Origin: Octopus vulgaris
Lineage: Eukaryota
Assembly: GCA_951406725.2 (NCBI GenBank)
Contig: OX597814.1
Location: 135,036,001-135,100,000, forward strand
Length of the DNA stretch: 64,000 bases
Reading direction: 5' to 3'
In this document: piece after piece, positions 1 through 13,730 of the stretch
Numbering within the stretch: the first letter of the stretch is position 1
Layout of the letters: each line of letters begins with the position of its first letter
Notes under the pieces: generated by a model
Seen by the model: the letters and a program-made list of their open reading frames with translations, nothing else
Database searches by the model: none
Told to the model about the DNA's origin: nothing
Translations under genes and position numbers: made by a program

Positions 1-836
1 TGCACATGGAGATCAGCCAGTAGACAGAAACTCAAGGTTCATGTAACTGCAATCCCACTGGCACTGTAGAAAGAACCCATTGGAAAAATTAGTCTGACAA
101 AAAGACGGGATGGACAAGGTGAGAATGACTTTGATTATATGTCTGGTTGATCAGGGCTGATTAATAGTAACTATCAAATTCTTTCTTAACTTGTATTTTA
201 TCTGTTATTCAACCAAGAATTATTATGTACTTGCCATTGATTTCAGTAAATGGACCTATCTATTTATTGCATTATAATATAAGAGGTTGAATTTATAGTG
301 AAAATGAGCGAGAATTTTCTAGATACTTATGCTCTTAGTGTAATTTTCAAGAAGACTCAATAAGATACTATATGTTAGATGGCAGATTTTTAAAACTATA
401 GGTGCAGGCATTCTAGTGACCTTCCTCATAGTTTCTGTCAAATTTGACTCATAAGGCTTGAGTTTACCCAAGGCTGTGGCTAAAAAAAAAAAAACATTTG
501 CCAAAGGAGCCGCTTAGTGAGATTTAACGTATTGATGATTTGGTCTTGCTTTGTATCAATACATTTCAGGTTATAACTTGCCACAAGTTTTATACCATAT
601 TCAACAAACTGTGACATCATTCACTCCTAAACTCATTGATATAAATAATTATAAAATCAATCTCTATATGGAGACATAGTTCATAGTCTTAACTAACATG
701 TACAAACCTGATACAATTTAAGAACTGTCACTCCTTTAACTCATTCAAGTTTATATCTAATGAAAGAAATGTTTAGTAACTAAAATACAGCAGTTTAAAA
801 TTTTTGATTTTACTGTTGATGAATTAATATATTTAA

Positions 837-1055
837 CCCTTTAGTATTTAAACCGGCCATATCCGGCCAAAATAGCTAATCTGTTTTATGTTCAAACTGA
901 CAAGATCCAGCCTCTCACACCTACCCTACAATGTTATTCTACATTAAGTAATTACACCATCAAGATCTTGAAGATATGAGATAATGCATGATTAATTCAA
1001 ATCAATGGGAATCATTAAGCATTATGTTTGATTGAATTATCTGAACACTAAAGGG
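837..1055. mobile_element. piggyBac-type MITE with TTAA target duplication
   Basis: TTAA-ccctttag ... ctaaaggg-TTAA; a second copy lies at 55643-55862. Confidence 0.85.
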
Positions 1056-4000
1056 TTAAAGCATGTGACAAGTACTGTAGCATGAAAAAAAAATTTTCAG
1101 TCATCAGAAACTAGAACATAATTTCAATCCTTATTTGATGTTATATCATTTCCTTTACATTACAATTACTTTTGGGAATAATATGCATGTTACAAAAACT
1201 GTTTTATTTTGCCTATATAAAACAGATATTTGAAACTAATGCTGCTAGAAGTTCTGTACAATGGGTTCTACATTTCTGTTCCAAATCTTCATTGGGAATA
1301 AAATTTCTTTCAAGCTTCCAGTTGCTGTCATTATTCATAAATGCTGAATTGTTAGCACACTAGGCTATTTAGCACACTAGTATTTCATCTGCTGCTATCT
1401 TCTGAGTTCAAATTCTGCCAAGGTCGACTTTGCCTTTCATCCTTTCGGGATCGATAAATTAAGTACCAGCTAAATACTGGGGATGATGTAATCGACTATC
1501 CCCCACCTGCTATTTCAGGCCTTGTGCCTATAGTAGAAAGAATTATTCATAAATGCTATTTTAACAGTAAATCTTGACAATGGATTGGTTAAATCAGGTT
1601 CACAGTTGCTAGCAACACTCTTGATAGTTGTCATACACAACAAATATAACCATGAATAAGTATACAGAGAACTTGCTCAGTGAGTCTATTGTTATTTATA
1701 TATAAATCCAAATCAAATACTTACTCAGTAAGCACTGAGTGGATGATATAAGGGTAAATCGGCATAAATTTGTATTAATAATATATAAGCTGTAATTGTT
1801 ATGTATTCAAATAACTGTAACGATAAAAATTTCATAAAAAGTCCTTGCCCTATATCCCAGTATGAGTGTTAGAACTTCTGTTTCACCATTGCATATATTT
1901 TCAACATTTTATCCAATAGTCTCTGTATTTTCATAATTATTGCATAGCCCCAGACTAACCAATAACCAAACATTCCAGCTGAGACTATCTTATCTTTTTG
2001 CATATCAGGAATTAGATTGTCCAGTGTGTTCTTCCTTCTTTTAAGACACTAAGGCTTGATCTGATGAAAATTTAGCTATTAATTCTAGTAGATTTTGTTG
2101 GCTAGCATATTTTAATGCTAAATCCTGCCAGTAAGTTAAAGCTGTCTACTATAATCTATTAAATGCTAGGACACGACCTGCTGGATGATAATTTAATATG
2201 GCAACTCTGAATGTTCAATTCTAATTTATGCTTGAACGTTTATTTCTTCATCAGTAAATGTCTGACATGGAAAATGGTCACATTCCCCTTCTAAACTAAC
2301 AGAAATTACAGTTTCATCTGTCAGAGAAATAACTATTGTTCAAATGTAGTTTCTTCATTGCATAGACAACAATAATAGGCATCAACCAATCCAATTCATA
2401 CCCTGAGTGATGATAATTGCTATTATTCCATAACAGCAATAAATTTACAAATATTTTCCAGTTTAGTCATGTTGTCATGTTTTTGTTAGATGTTGTTATA
2501 GTTAAATTTGAATATATCTACTAACAGCACTTAAGTTGGATTCATTTACACATCTGCTACTTGAAAACTATTAATGATACTTGTCCAAAGTAGACTCCAT
2601 GATTAAGGACGGGTCATAGTTTCATAATGCTATTTCGGAAAGAAGAAGGAAGGGTGATGTGAAAATATTTATTATAGTTTTAATATTTTTTTGTATTGTT
2701 AACAGTTCATATTTAGTGAATATTTTGGATAGAATTAAGGGAAATAGATTGGATAAACATTGTGATATGATTTAGTGTTCAAATATTGACATCATCCAAA
2801 ATTAACATGATGTTTCACTCTTTGGGGAGGGAATTGTTGTTTAACTCCAGGTTATCTCTGACTGTGCAGATTTATGAGCAAATTATTCTAGCCATGACAA
2901 CTCCATCTTCTCAGACAATGCTCTCAGAATCACATTACCCAATACGTTCTTGTCTTCTAAGATGATAGGTGTATGATTTGAGGGAGATTTTGTAATAATT
3001 ACTTGCTGGTCTAGCAACTAACCAGAGGCAATCTCAATGGTTTGTCATCTCTCATTGGCTCAGGTCTCCAACTGCCTTATTGATTTTGGTTCTCTTGTTT
3101 GCTTGTTGATGAAATAGTTATCAGTAATTTTATGGAGCCTAAAGTTTGATTAAACAGCTTCATTCCTTATATTTGGATGGCCTGTAGTAGTGTTTGGAAG
3201 TTTATTTCAATGTTTAATATGATGAGTAACACCCTAGAGAATATACTTTTGCCACTGTGGGTAATATCAGGCAAAGTTACATAGGTATAATAATTATAAT
3301 GTTGCTTTTTTCAAATTATATGGTGCATATGCAAAATAATACAAGTGAATACTAATTTCCAAAATAAAAGTATTTATTAAATCAGAATAAAATTAAAGCA
3401 GATTTCTCATTTGTGTATTTGTAATAAATATATGCTATTGATAACAACAATATTGTTTATAAATTAACTAATCCTTTTCTACTCTAGGCACAAGATCAAC
3501 CCCAGTACACAACTGGTATTTAATTTATCAACCCCAAAAGGATGAAAGGCAAAGTCGACCTTGATGGAATTTTAACTCAGAATGTAAAGATGGACAAAAT
3601 ATCGCTAAACATTTCACCCAGCATGCTAGCGTTTCTGCCAGCTCACCACCAGATATAACATTAATTACAGATATAACATTATCTATAGCAAAGATATATT
3701 CCCAACATTATTTGTCAAGTGACAGCTGACACTTGAGTTAGCCTATAATTTCTAAGGAAGACAAAAAATAAGAGTAACCTTGCTTTGAGGGATAGACAAC
3801 TTGAGAGAGATGGAGGGCATTCTGGAAAGATGGTGTTGTAGAGAAAATAGATGTATAAAGCATTTGGCTTGAGATACAGGAGTGGCAAGTATATTGCCTT
3901 GCATTGTTGTGAAGATTGTTAAACAAATATTTATTTCTTTGAATTCTTTAAATTCAACTTGTTGCTTCTCACTACTTACATCAGTAGGCCTTTGACTTGT

Positions 4001-4139
4001 TAGAAATATTATCAAAATTTTCCCCAAATGTCTTAAATAAAGGATTTATTGAGCAATGTAGTTACTGAAGAGGGCTTGTCTTATCTAGAATGTTTTTTGA
4101 TCAAAAATCTGTTTAATTAGAGCTGACCTGAAGGTTACA

Positions 4140-4245
4140 ACAATAACGACGATGACGACGACGACGACAATGACACCAGCAGCAGCAGCAGCAACAATAA
4201 CAACAACAAAAACACCAGCAGCAGCAGCAGCAACAACAACAACAA
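4140..4245. repeat. Compound trinucleotide microsatellite (GAC/CAG/CAA)
   Basis: Direct inspection; expanded from the AAC-rich tail of a dispersed repeat. Confidence 0.85.
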
Positions 4246-5059
4246 TCATCCGTTATCGATAAGACTTCTGATATATCTTGTCATGGAGATATGATAACCT
4301 GAACTGTGTCTAACGATACTAAAATGTAAATATTATTTCTAGGATTAGAAAACACATTTAATTCTTTTATGAAACTAACTTTCTCAATATTGATTTTCCT
4401 CAATACAGATGCTTGTATTAGTCATGGATATAATCCATCTTAGAAATCTTCCTTTACTTTTTTTCATATTGCAAAAGATGTATCAAGATTTAGCATTTTG
4501 TTGAGAATCAAAATATTATTCAACCCTTAGCAAATACTGGTTGATGCCTCTTATGCCCAATTTTTTTCTCAATACATTTGCATTTTGTTGTATGGGAACA
4601 CAAATTGCACATCCAATGGAGCACACTAGCTTCCATGTCTTTCTATTTTACGCATGACCTCTGCATTCACAGTCTATGTTTCAATATCTTGTAGTATTGC
4701 TGTTCATACATGAGCTTCATATATTGTCTTTCATTTTGAGAGAGGAACCTTTTATTACTGACAGAGGCGACATCACTCTGAACTTTCTCTAGCCAGTTTG
4801 TATTCTAGCAACTATACTTTCAAAATATCCTTCATAACTAATTAAGACACTTAGATAACAGAAACTATTAATAACCCCTAAGTGCTATCCATAAGAAAAT
4901 CTATTTTCCACACATTCTTAATGCTTATTCCTTCTGTACATTTGCCACAAAGTTTACTTTTTTTTTCTCTTAATCTTTGTATGTCCATAATTAGCACTAG
5001 GTAAACCATTTGAAATTTATATCTATATGTTGGACATGACTATTTTCCTGAAAAGGATT

Positions 5060-5550
5060 AGCATCTTGCTTCTTTTCCTGCTTACTAGAACTTTGGCCTT
5101 TGATAAGTTAACTTTAAGGGCTTTTGATTCCAGGTTTTGCTTTCATGTTTGGAATTTCTTCTCTAATTCTACTACAAATTTAGCTTGAAGAAAGAAGGCT
5201 AACAGCATAAAGGAATTCCAATGGGCAACCAGTCTTAAACACTTCTGATATGGCCAGGAGGACAATGATATTTTGGAGAAGACTGAGAACTGAGCCCTAG
5301 TGAACTCCTACCTGCACACTAAATTCCTTGTATCATTGCTAGTTCTCACCTTACTGACAGCACTCACCATCCATCCATTTGTCTACTCCTAGCTTCCACA
5401 GTGATCACCGTATCCGAGAATAAGGGACCCTATTAAAAGCTTTCTCCAGGTCAATAAATGCCAGTTACAGCAATTTACTTTTGGCTAAATACTTCTACAG
5501 CTACTTTACTTTAGAGGGAACATCAGTAGTACTTCTGCCTGGCACAAAAC
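5060..5550 (-). mobile_element. Older copy of the same RTE reverse-transcriptase region
   Basis: Reverse complement matches 13030-13500 (gcatttattgacctggagaaagc, ctcagttctcag, aaagcccttaaagttaac). Confidence 0.75.
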
Positions 5551-5759
5551 TTTTGGAATTTTTGCTGGAACAACTTTGTTTTTTCTTTGCTCATTATAAT
5601 GTAGTGGGAAGCAAGAAAATAAATTGAATGATTAATAAAAATATAAAATTGAAAACACAACTTATCAGTTTGCTGCTAACAATTCTTTCATTCGTCATTA
5701 ACAATTCTTATGTTTGCTGCTTACAAATTCTTGAGGTGAAGAATACTGATTTAGGATGT

Positions 5760-6481
5760 TGGGTGGCCAACTTATAAATGGGAAAGTAAAAGTAAAATCT
5801 GCAGAAATCCTAAAATTGTGTTCTGATATAAACCTGGGAACAACATATTTTGCTTCCAGTCTTACATTTAATATCTATTGTAAAACCACAAATATAACTA
5901 CAATACTTGAAAAAAAAAAGTAAGTGGAAATATAAAGGGGGAGACCCCGCCACCCCTGTACTTCTATACAAGATATATAATCCAAAACAAGCATGAAAAA
6001 CAGTCAAGCTAAAAATAAATCGGTTAACCTGTCATGATAAAAACTCATCACTACACAATAAAGCTTTGTTAGGTCGAATTTCCATGCTTTCATTCTTTGC
6101 AACATATTTACATTATTGTGTAGTGAGTTCAAGTGCTGACATGGGCTATTTTCTCCCCCTACCCCCACTCTGTATCCAAGTCGGTGCAGGGTGGGGGCTG
6201 GAAAATTTCATAACTTGATAAACTTTCATTTGAAGTTTCAAGAAAATGAAAGAAACATTCAACAATAGCCAATAATACTAAATTTTTGTTATAAGATACA
6301 TTAACAAAAGTAGAAAAGGAGGAAAAAGAAGAAAAAAGGGTAACTATTGTGGAAATGTCATAATCAGAGAAAAATGCTAAATAAAATTTTCAACCTGCTA
6401 TTTTCCCTGGTAAATGTTAGATTAAAAAATTTTCTGATAAATGCTTGATCTAGTATAAAATATGCTAAATTGGTAACCCTG
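5760..6481. mobile_element. Possible old hAT-type non-autonomous element with internal hairpins
   Basis: Ends gggtggccaa / ttggtaaccctg resemble CAGGGTTGCCA termini; internal inverted repeats at 6028-6145 and 6162-6197. Confidence 0.35.
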
Positions 6482-8579
6482 CATTTCACTCCTTTGATAT
6501 TGAAACTGCTCTTCTTGAAGGCCTTAAACTTGATTAAACAAATGTGACTCTGTGTGTGTGAATGCTTAAAACCTACACTGAGTTATGGTTAGAGATGGTG
6601 AGATCATCATTCATAGCTCAGCTACAAGAGGTGACACCACTTTTTGTGGCTGGGTATCAATTAAAGATGTTTGTTTCTGTTCACAGACTCTATACTTTTG
6701 AATTTCTCTGGAATATAAAATCCCTTACTTGAAAAATCTTGCCTAAAATACCCCCTCCCCACTTATAAGCCATGCAAGCATAGAAAAAATAGATGTTATT
6801 GAACAACCAACAAATAAAACATTTCATATTTTGTATTAAAATATATATATACTGTCAGTGTTGCATATAACACTTGTTTTGTAAAATGGCATCCATGTTT
6901 ACCTTATTATAATGTTTAAAACATCCTGTTTGGAACACAAAACATGCTACTACTTGAAGCTTATTTAAAGTCCATATCTCATTTATCTGGATTATGTTGA
7001 AATTGAAGAACAAAATGAAGAGCCATTACATATGTATGAAAGTTTTCATGATACTTATGAGGTTTCTATTTTTAGCTTTTAAATTTCCAGTTCCGCATGT
7101 AGTAGGATTCAATATCTCTGTAGTGAACAATGTACATGCGCACACACATACTCATACACAATGGTGTAGTATGGCAGGGGAGTAGTGTTAATAAGGCAGA
7201 GAGAAAAATTTTCATGGTTTAAAATTCATAAACAGGTGTGGCTGTGTAGTAAGAAGTTTGCTTCTCAACCACACAGTTACAGGTTCAGTCCCACAACATG
7301 GAACCTTGGATAAGTGTTAGCCCTGGGCGGACCAAAGCCTTTGGATTGGATTTGGTAGTCAGAAACATGTTGTGTGTGTGTGTGTGTATTTATGTACCTA
7401 TCATGAAAGGTAAATAAACCACTGACTGTATATGTGAGATTATTGAGAGAGGAAGTGGAACCATGGAGACAAGTTGCATATGAACCGAGAGGTGCATGTC
7501 TCATTTGTAACACTTCACATGCATATAAAAGATTATTAACCATCTAGTCTACTTTGCTGAGTGGTTGGTGTTAGGAAGAGCATCCAGCTGCAAAAATTCT
7601 GCCAAAACAGTCACAGAAGTCTGGTGCAGGCTTTGGCCTGGCTGGCTCTTGTGGTATTATCCCACCCATGTTAGCATGGAACATGGATGTTAAATGATGA
7701 TGATGATGTGTTTGTCCCTTACCACCACTTAACAACCAGTGTTTGTTTATATGCTGTAACTTAACAATTTGGTATGGGAGACCAATAGTAAGTACCAGAC
7801 TTAAAAACAGTACTTAGGTTGATTGATTAATCTAAAACCCTTCATACCTGTGCCTCAGCATGGCCACAGTTCAATGACTGAAACAAGTGAAAGTAAAAGA
7901 ACTACCTCACTTCCCCCATGTATGTCTTGTTGGTAAAGTATATATGTGGGTGAATTCTAACAGGTTTATTTTGAATGAGCATACGGTTCTAATATTAGCA
8001 ATGATGACAACAGGTGGCATGATATTTAAAATGTGTGTATTAGCACATTAACAGAGAGATACTGTCAATTTGCCAAACTTTCATATATGAGGACAATATT
8101 TTAATGAAAGCAGCCAGACTTTTATTCAACTGCCAAGGAACAGAGGCCTGTTTGTGTAAAATAAAGCCCATTGATTTAAGACTTCTTATATTGGTAATTA
8201 CCAAAGTCTTTTTATAGAATGCGTAACAAACCTAGTTCATTTGCAAACAATTCAACCACAGAAAGAATAAACATATTAAGTTGTCCTCAACGTGCCTGCT
8301 TCAAAACTAGAGTTCCAAAATATACTGTCTGTAAAATACTAATTAGGCAAAAGTTGCAATAAAATATCGTTTGGCTATTTCTTTCTTTTTTTCCTTTTTA
8401 CCTGTGGCAATCATTGGGCTGCTGCTATACTGAGGTACCATTTTGAATGGTTTAGGTTGAAGAAATCAACCCCAGAACTTACTCTATCAGTTTCATATGT
8501 GAAACTGCTTAGTTATCGAGCTGTAAATAAAACCAACTCCAGTTGTCAAGTGGTTGGTGTGGATACACACACACATTTC

Positions 8580-8663
8580 TATATATATATATTCCTCTCT
8601 CACTTCCCCCCTCTCTCTCTCTCTATATATATATATACACATACATATACATGTATACATACA

Positions 8664-8717
<54 letters not shown>

Positions 8718-8735
8718 TAGGATAGATAGATAGAT
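8580..8735. repeat. Compound microsatellite (TA, CT, GA, GATA)
   Basis: Direct inspection. Confidence 0.9.
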
Positions 8736-8940
8736 CGTTATCCATTGGTCCCAGAAGAACAAAGATCTGTATCTGAAGAATTTTATGTCAGCTGCTGAAG
8801 GTGGTGTGACATCTGCTGTGGCTGTACAAGCCCACACAGGAGTGGCAGTCTCACATGCAGCGACTGCATTTGAAGAAGCTCTCCACTAGTGGTATGACTT
8901 AACCTTTCTTCAAGTGCGCTTTTCTTTAGTGGTTCCAGTT
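8720..8940 (-). mobile_element. 3' end of an RTE LINE with a C-terminal C2H2-type motif and (TCTA)n tail
   Basis: Minus strand reads KEKRT*RK...FFKCSRCM*DCHSCVGLYSHSRC, then a short 3' UTR that runs into the compound microsatellite. Confidence 0.6.
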
Positions 8941-9094
8941 TCTCTTCCTCTCACTCTATCATCTTGTGAGCAATCATTTGTGACTTCTCCCATCACAATA
9001 TCCAGACCTACTGACTACATATCTTTTTTACAGACATCTTTGAATCAAAGATTAGGTTGTCCTTGTGCTCCTTTGCCAGTGTATATGACCATCA

Positions 9095-9360
9095 GTCATC
9101 TTTCTTTCTTTGTCTCCATTGTAGCTGGAACAAGGAAGACGTGTTCTTGTTTGTCCCCTGTCCTAGCTTGATTTTCACGTTCACCACCACAACCTCGTTT
9201 AGGCTTAGCAGCCCTTCCTGTTTGTTTTCACTGTCCTGTTTGTGTTACCAATTTTGACCTTCTGCAAAATCCCAAATTTTATTTAATTTGCTTTGTGGGA
9301 GCAACTGTTTCATCAAAAGCATATGCTCGAAATATGAGACTAGAAAAACAGCCAACAATT
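9095..9360 (+). repeat. Dispersed repeat; direct copy at about 15010-15300
   Basis: Shared cagcccttcctgtttgttttcactgtcctgttt, aaaatcccaaatt...tttaatttgctttg and tagaaaaacagc. Confidence 0.75.
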
Positions 9361-10783
9361 AATGAAGTGAAAAATGTATAGTAAATGCACAAACGGTAAG
9401 TAAAAAACATAATGAATGCACAAACGAATAAAAAAATGTATACTGAGTACACAAACGGATGGAAAACAAAAACAGAAAGTCCCTAATTTTTCTTCAGTTA
9501 TCAACCAGATGGTATTACTCAGTTTCACACCATTAATAAGACTGAGATGCTTCCCATACTAGCGGTGCCCGTGCAAGTTGTGGAGAATATTGGACTGAGA
9601 ACAAGCAGTACATGGATAACAGGCAATACAGGAGTTGACATATAAATGTGAATAAATATAATTCAAGATGATGGACAAAGGACAAGGATGAAATAAATAA
9701 GAAATAAGATGCATGTATGTATGTATATAGAGCCCTGGTAGTGAGGCTCTGGTTCAGGAGCTCCAGGATTTTGAGGAGTATGGCACCACCTTTTCACCAA
9801 TATTATTCCCAGGTTCACTCTGACCTGGAGTAGTAGCATCTCTCAGGACCTGAGTTATGGGTGAATTAGCATGTTATAGAAGACACTTCCTGCACGAACC
9901 TTTGTTGCCTTGAGTACCTTGGGAAAGGAAAATGCTAATGGAGTCAACCTTGACAGCAACCCGAGTGAAGCCCCTCAGGTAGGTCCAGTATCCTTTTTGA
10001 CACTCTCCCAGAAACTCCAGTGTAGGTGGAGTTCTCCAGCACTGTAAGGCAATTCATCTAGGAGAAGGCCATTCTAATGTAAAACATACAGCATACTGGT
10101 CACCACTGTGGTCAAATTGTCAAGTCTACAATGTGGGATTAGATTGCACAGCCTGATGATCAACTTAGAACTACTGAGTGCAAGCAGGAAGAAAGCCAGA
10201 GCCTGTCAAATGAACACTTTTCATAGCCTTTTGATGGCATACCATTCTTCCTCTTGTCTTCAGATGCAAAGAACTGCCATCATATATATATCACAAAATA
10301 CAGACCCCTTTTGAACACATCTACAACAAATGACCTTAGAATAACACACACGCAAATATTAAAAGTGATACATTCAAGAGAGATACCCAAGAATTCATTA
10401 AAACCAGTCCCAATCACTACTATAATCCACAATGGTCCACTTTTAGGTCACTTGACCATTTAACATCCTACTACTATCATACCTCTCTGGCATTCTTCTT
10501 CTTCTCTGCCAAGAATTCACAATGACCTTGAACCCACAAGAGTAAACAAGAGAAAGAGAGAGAGAGAGACAGGCAGAAACAAGGAAAATGCCCCTTGTAT
10601 TTGAATACTATGCAAATATTCTTTAAAAATACTTTTCATTTAATTTTTCCAAAATTTGTTTTCCATAGTGAGAGTTGAAAAAGTCTCAATGATTGAAACC
10701 GGTACTAAAATGTTTTTTATGATAAAAAATTATTTTAGCATTTTCTACCTTGACTTTTTTCCTTATATATATAAATACACAAA

Positions 10784-12047
10784 CAGGATAGTGCAGAGAG
10801 GATGGGTGTTTTTGAAAAATTCACAAAATCATTAATTTTAACTGCAAACAAATTTTACTGGCATCAATGTGTTTGTATTGAATTAGCATTTGTCAAAATC
10901 AAGTATGGAAAACAACAGCAATGATGTGGTGTTTGTTTTCATTTGTGCATTTCTGAAGGCGTTCTTGGAAGTTGGCCTCCACTCTCTCCAGCATTGCTCT
11001 TTTGATTTGGACGACTTCCATGTGAACAGCTTCCTCCAAATCATCCAAAGTACAAGGCTTATGCGCATACACATATGCCTTGAGGTTTCCCCACAAGAAA
11101 TAATCACACATGGACAAATCAGGGAACCGAGGAGGCCAAGGGCTATCAGCAAACCTAGAAATGAGGCAGTCACTGAAGAGAGGTCAAAGAACATCCATTG
11201 ATGCTCTGGCTGTGTGGGCCATCACCCTATCCTGTTGAAACCACACGTCGAATAGACATGTTTTCATCATAATTCAGGCACAAAGGAGTGGTTTATCATC
11301 TTGATGTAATGCTTGGAGTTCACAGTACCAGCATTTCCATTAATGTCTTCTAAAAAGTAAGGACCAATGATGTCAGCTTTTCCAGTAGCACCCCAGACCG
11401 TCACTTTTAGGCTGTATAATGGTATTTTGTGCAGTTCTCTCGGATTTTCAAGAGCCCAATAATGACAGTTCTGTTGATTTACCATGCTACTGAGATGAAA
11501 ATGAGCTTCATCATTCATTAACAAAATGAGGTTGTCATTTGCCTCAAAAATTGCTTCCATCTGACATGCAAAGTTAAGCTGCTGTGCATAGTCCCATGGT
11601 GTCAACTGTTCCCCAACGACCAATTTGTATGGGTGGAAATGCAGGTCTTCATGCAAAATACACCTTACCAATCGATTACTGATGCCAAGTTTAGTGGAAT
11701 GCCTCTGAGCAGAGCGATTTGGACTCTGTATCAAAGTTTGCCTGATGCACTCCACATTTTCTGGGGTCCATACAGTTTGTAGTGTCCCAATTGGTCTCCT
11801 ATTCATTAGTGTACCTCTTGAAGTGGCACTGAAACTCAAGCTGAACTGCTGTGACAGACTCATTCTTCACATAACTGTCGTAGGCAAACATGCGATGCTC
11901 TATTGTCCACAGCACCATGGCTTCACCCGAAAAGAAAAAAAATGCTAAGACACCATGGACCAAATGGTACCTGTTGGACATATGTCCCTCCCACTGGGGC
12001 TGAGTAATAGCCATTTCAAAAAAGTCCATCCTCTCTATCCCACTCTG
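10784..12047 (-). mobile_element. Decayed full-length DD41D (rosa/Visitor) Tc1/mariner transposon
   Basis: Imperfect terminal inverted repeats around agagaggatgg...tttttgaa, TA on the right flank. Transposase pieces: MVLWTIEHRMFAYDSY (DUF4817-like HTH), DEAHF, WFQQD and WPPRFPDLSMCDYFLWG, with 41 residues between the second and third Asp; stops and frameshifts present. Confidence 0.88.
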
Positions 12048-12080
12048 TATATAATGGCAATTCTTCACACTTGAACACCA

Positions 12081-12111
<31 letters not shown>

Positions 12112-13029
12112 GCACACAATGCATATATATTACATATACACATACATATATGGATATCTGACAGTTTTAGTTATCCTATCAATTGAACAAACTAACCACT
12201 GAATTAGTGTGAGGAGGCTGAAAATTCCAGAGACATATTTAATCCTAATATAATTCTTAAGCTGAATCAGTATGACACAGTCTGGCAAAGCTGGACCATT
12301 AACCATTTTGATACTAACCTGCTTGAAACCCTCCTTGGTTTTATGATACAATCTTTCTTCTTTAAAGTGATCTAAATCAAAACTTTCTATCACAATTTCA
12401 TGTTGCTTTATCTTCCAAACAACAGCTTAATAATGCTTTCAAGTTTTGGCACAAGTTGAGCAATTTCAGGGGAGTGGTAAGTTGATTAGATTGACCCCGA
12501 AAGGCAAAGTTGGCCTTGGCGGAATTTCAACTCAGAATGTAAAGATGGATGAAATGCTGCTAAGCATTTTGCCTGGTGTGCTAACAATTCTGCCAGCTCA
12601 CTACCTTAAACTACAGCTAAATGACAAGAAGTTACTCTACTAACTTCATTTTTTTTCCAAAATCAATTGAAACAAAGGTAGTGTATTTCACTGGAAATAT
12701 AACAAAACAGAACATGGAATGAAATGTATTTATTTATAAACTTTAAACTGAACTTCAATTGTTTTATAAACCTAACAGCGTGGTGGTACGTAAATAAACG
12801 GTGTAAATTAACGAAGGTATAAACCTGACGTAAATACACGAAGTTGACGTCAGATTTTTCTACTTTCACTTCTGACAGTTAATACCATGACAGTGCCAAA
12901 GTGTTAAATTATATGTGAGATCCACCTGGGGGGGGGGGGTCCTCACAATGTTTATCTAGCTAGTTTCACATGCAAAGCACAGGTCAATTTGAGTTCATGG
13001 TAAGAGACATATGCCAAAGATTCTATGCA

Positions 13030-13730
13030 GCGTATTTCTGGTAAGGCAGCTGCAGGAGAAATACCTAGCCAAAGATAAACCTCTCTACCTGGCTTTTGTT
13101 GACATGGAGAAAGCCTTTGTCAGGGTCTCCCGATCCCTTATCTGGTGGTCAATGAGGAAACTAGGGATAGATGAATGGTTAGTGAGAGCTGTGCAAGCCA
13201 TGTACAGGGACGCTGTCAGTAAGGTGAGGGTTGGCAATGAGTACAGTAAAGAATTCCTGGTAGAGGTAGGGGTCCACCAGGGTTCAGTCCTCAGCCCCCT
13301 CCTATTTATCATAGTCTCCAGGCAATAACAGAGGAATTCAAGACAGGTTGCCCCTGGGAGCCCTATATGCTGATGACCTTGCTCTAATTGCTGAGTCACT
13401 ATCAGAACTAGAGAAGTTTCAGGTGTGGAAGTAAGGATTAGAATTGAAGGGCCTTAGAGTCAACCTAGCTAAAACCAAAGTCCTAATAAGTAGGAAGGCA
13501 AACAAACCACAAATCCCTTCAGGTAGATGGCCTTGCTCAATCTGTAGAAAAGGCGAAGGTAGAATCTCTATAAGATGTACCCAGTGTAAGCTATGGACAC
13601 ATAAGAGATGCAGCAATATCAAAGGAAGGCAAACCAGGAAGATAGTATTTGTATGTGGCAGATGCTCAGGAGCAATAAACACTGAAAATGTGCAGAGAAC
13701 AACTTCTGCTACATTCCAAGGAGAAAAACT
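13030..13730 (+). mobile_element. Internal fragment of an RTE-clade LINE reverse transcriptase with an embedded PHD-like finger
   Basis: LVRQLQEKYLAK...AFVDMEKAF...GVHQGSVLSPLLF, YADD (tatgctgatgac), GLRVNLAKTKV, then CSIC...CTQCKLWTHKRC...CGRC; frameshifted and truncated at both ends. Confidence 0.9.

Noticed and set aside
4140-4245. CAG/CAA run suggesting a polyglutamine exon
   Set aside because: No ORF or splice context; it grows out of a repeat tail.
4390-4960. Possible pogo/Tc5-like transposase remnant (PLDV-like motif on the minus strand)
   Set aside because: Too decayed; no termini or second motif could be confirmed.
10890-11201. Overlapping 103-aa ORFs on both strands
   Set aside because: Alternative-frame and antisense readings of the dead DD41D transposase.
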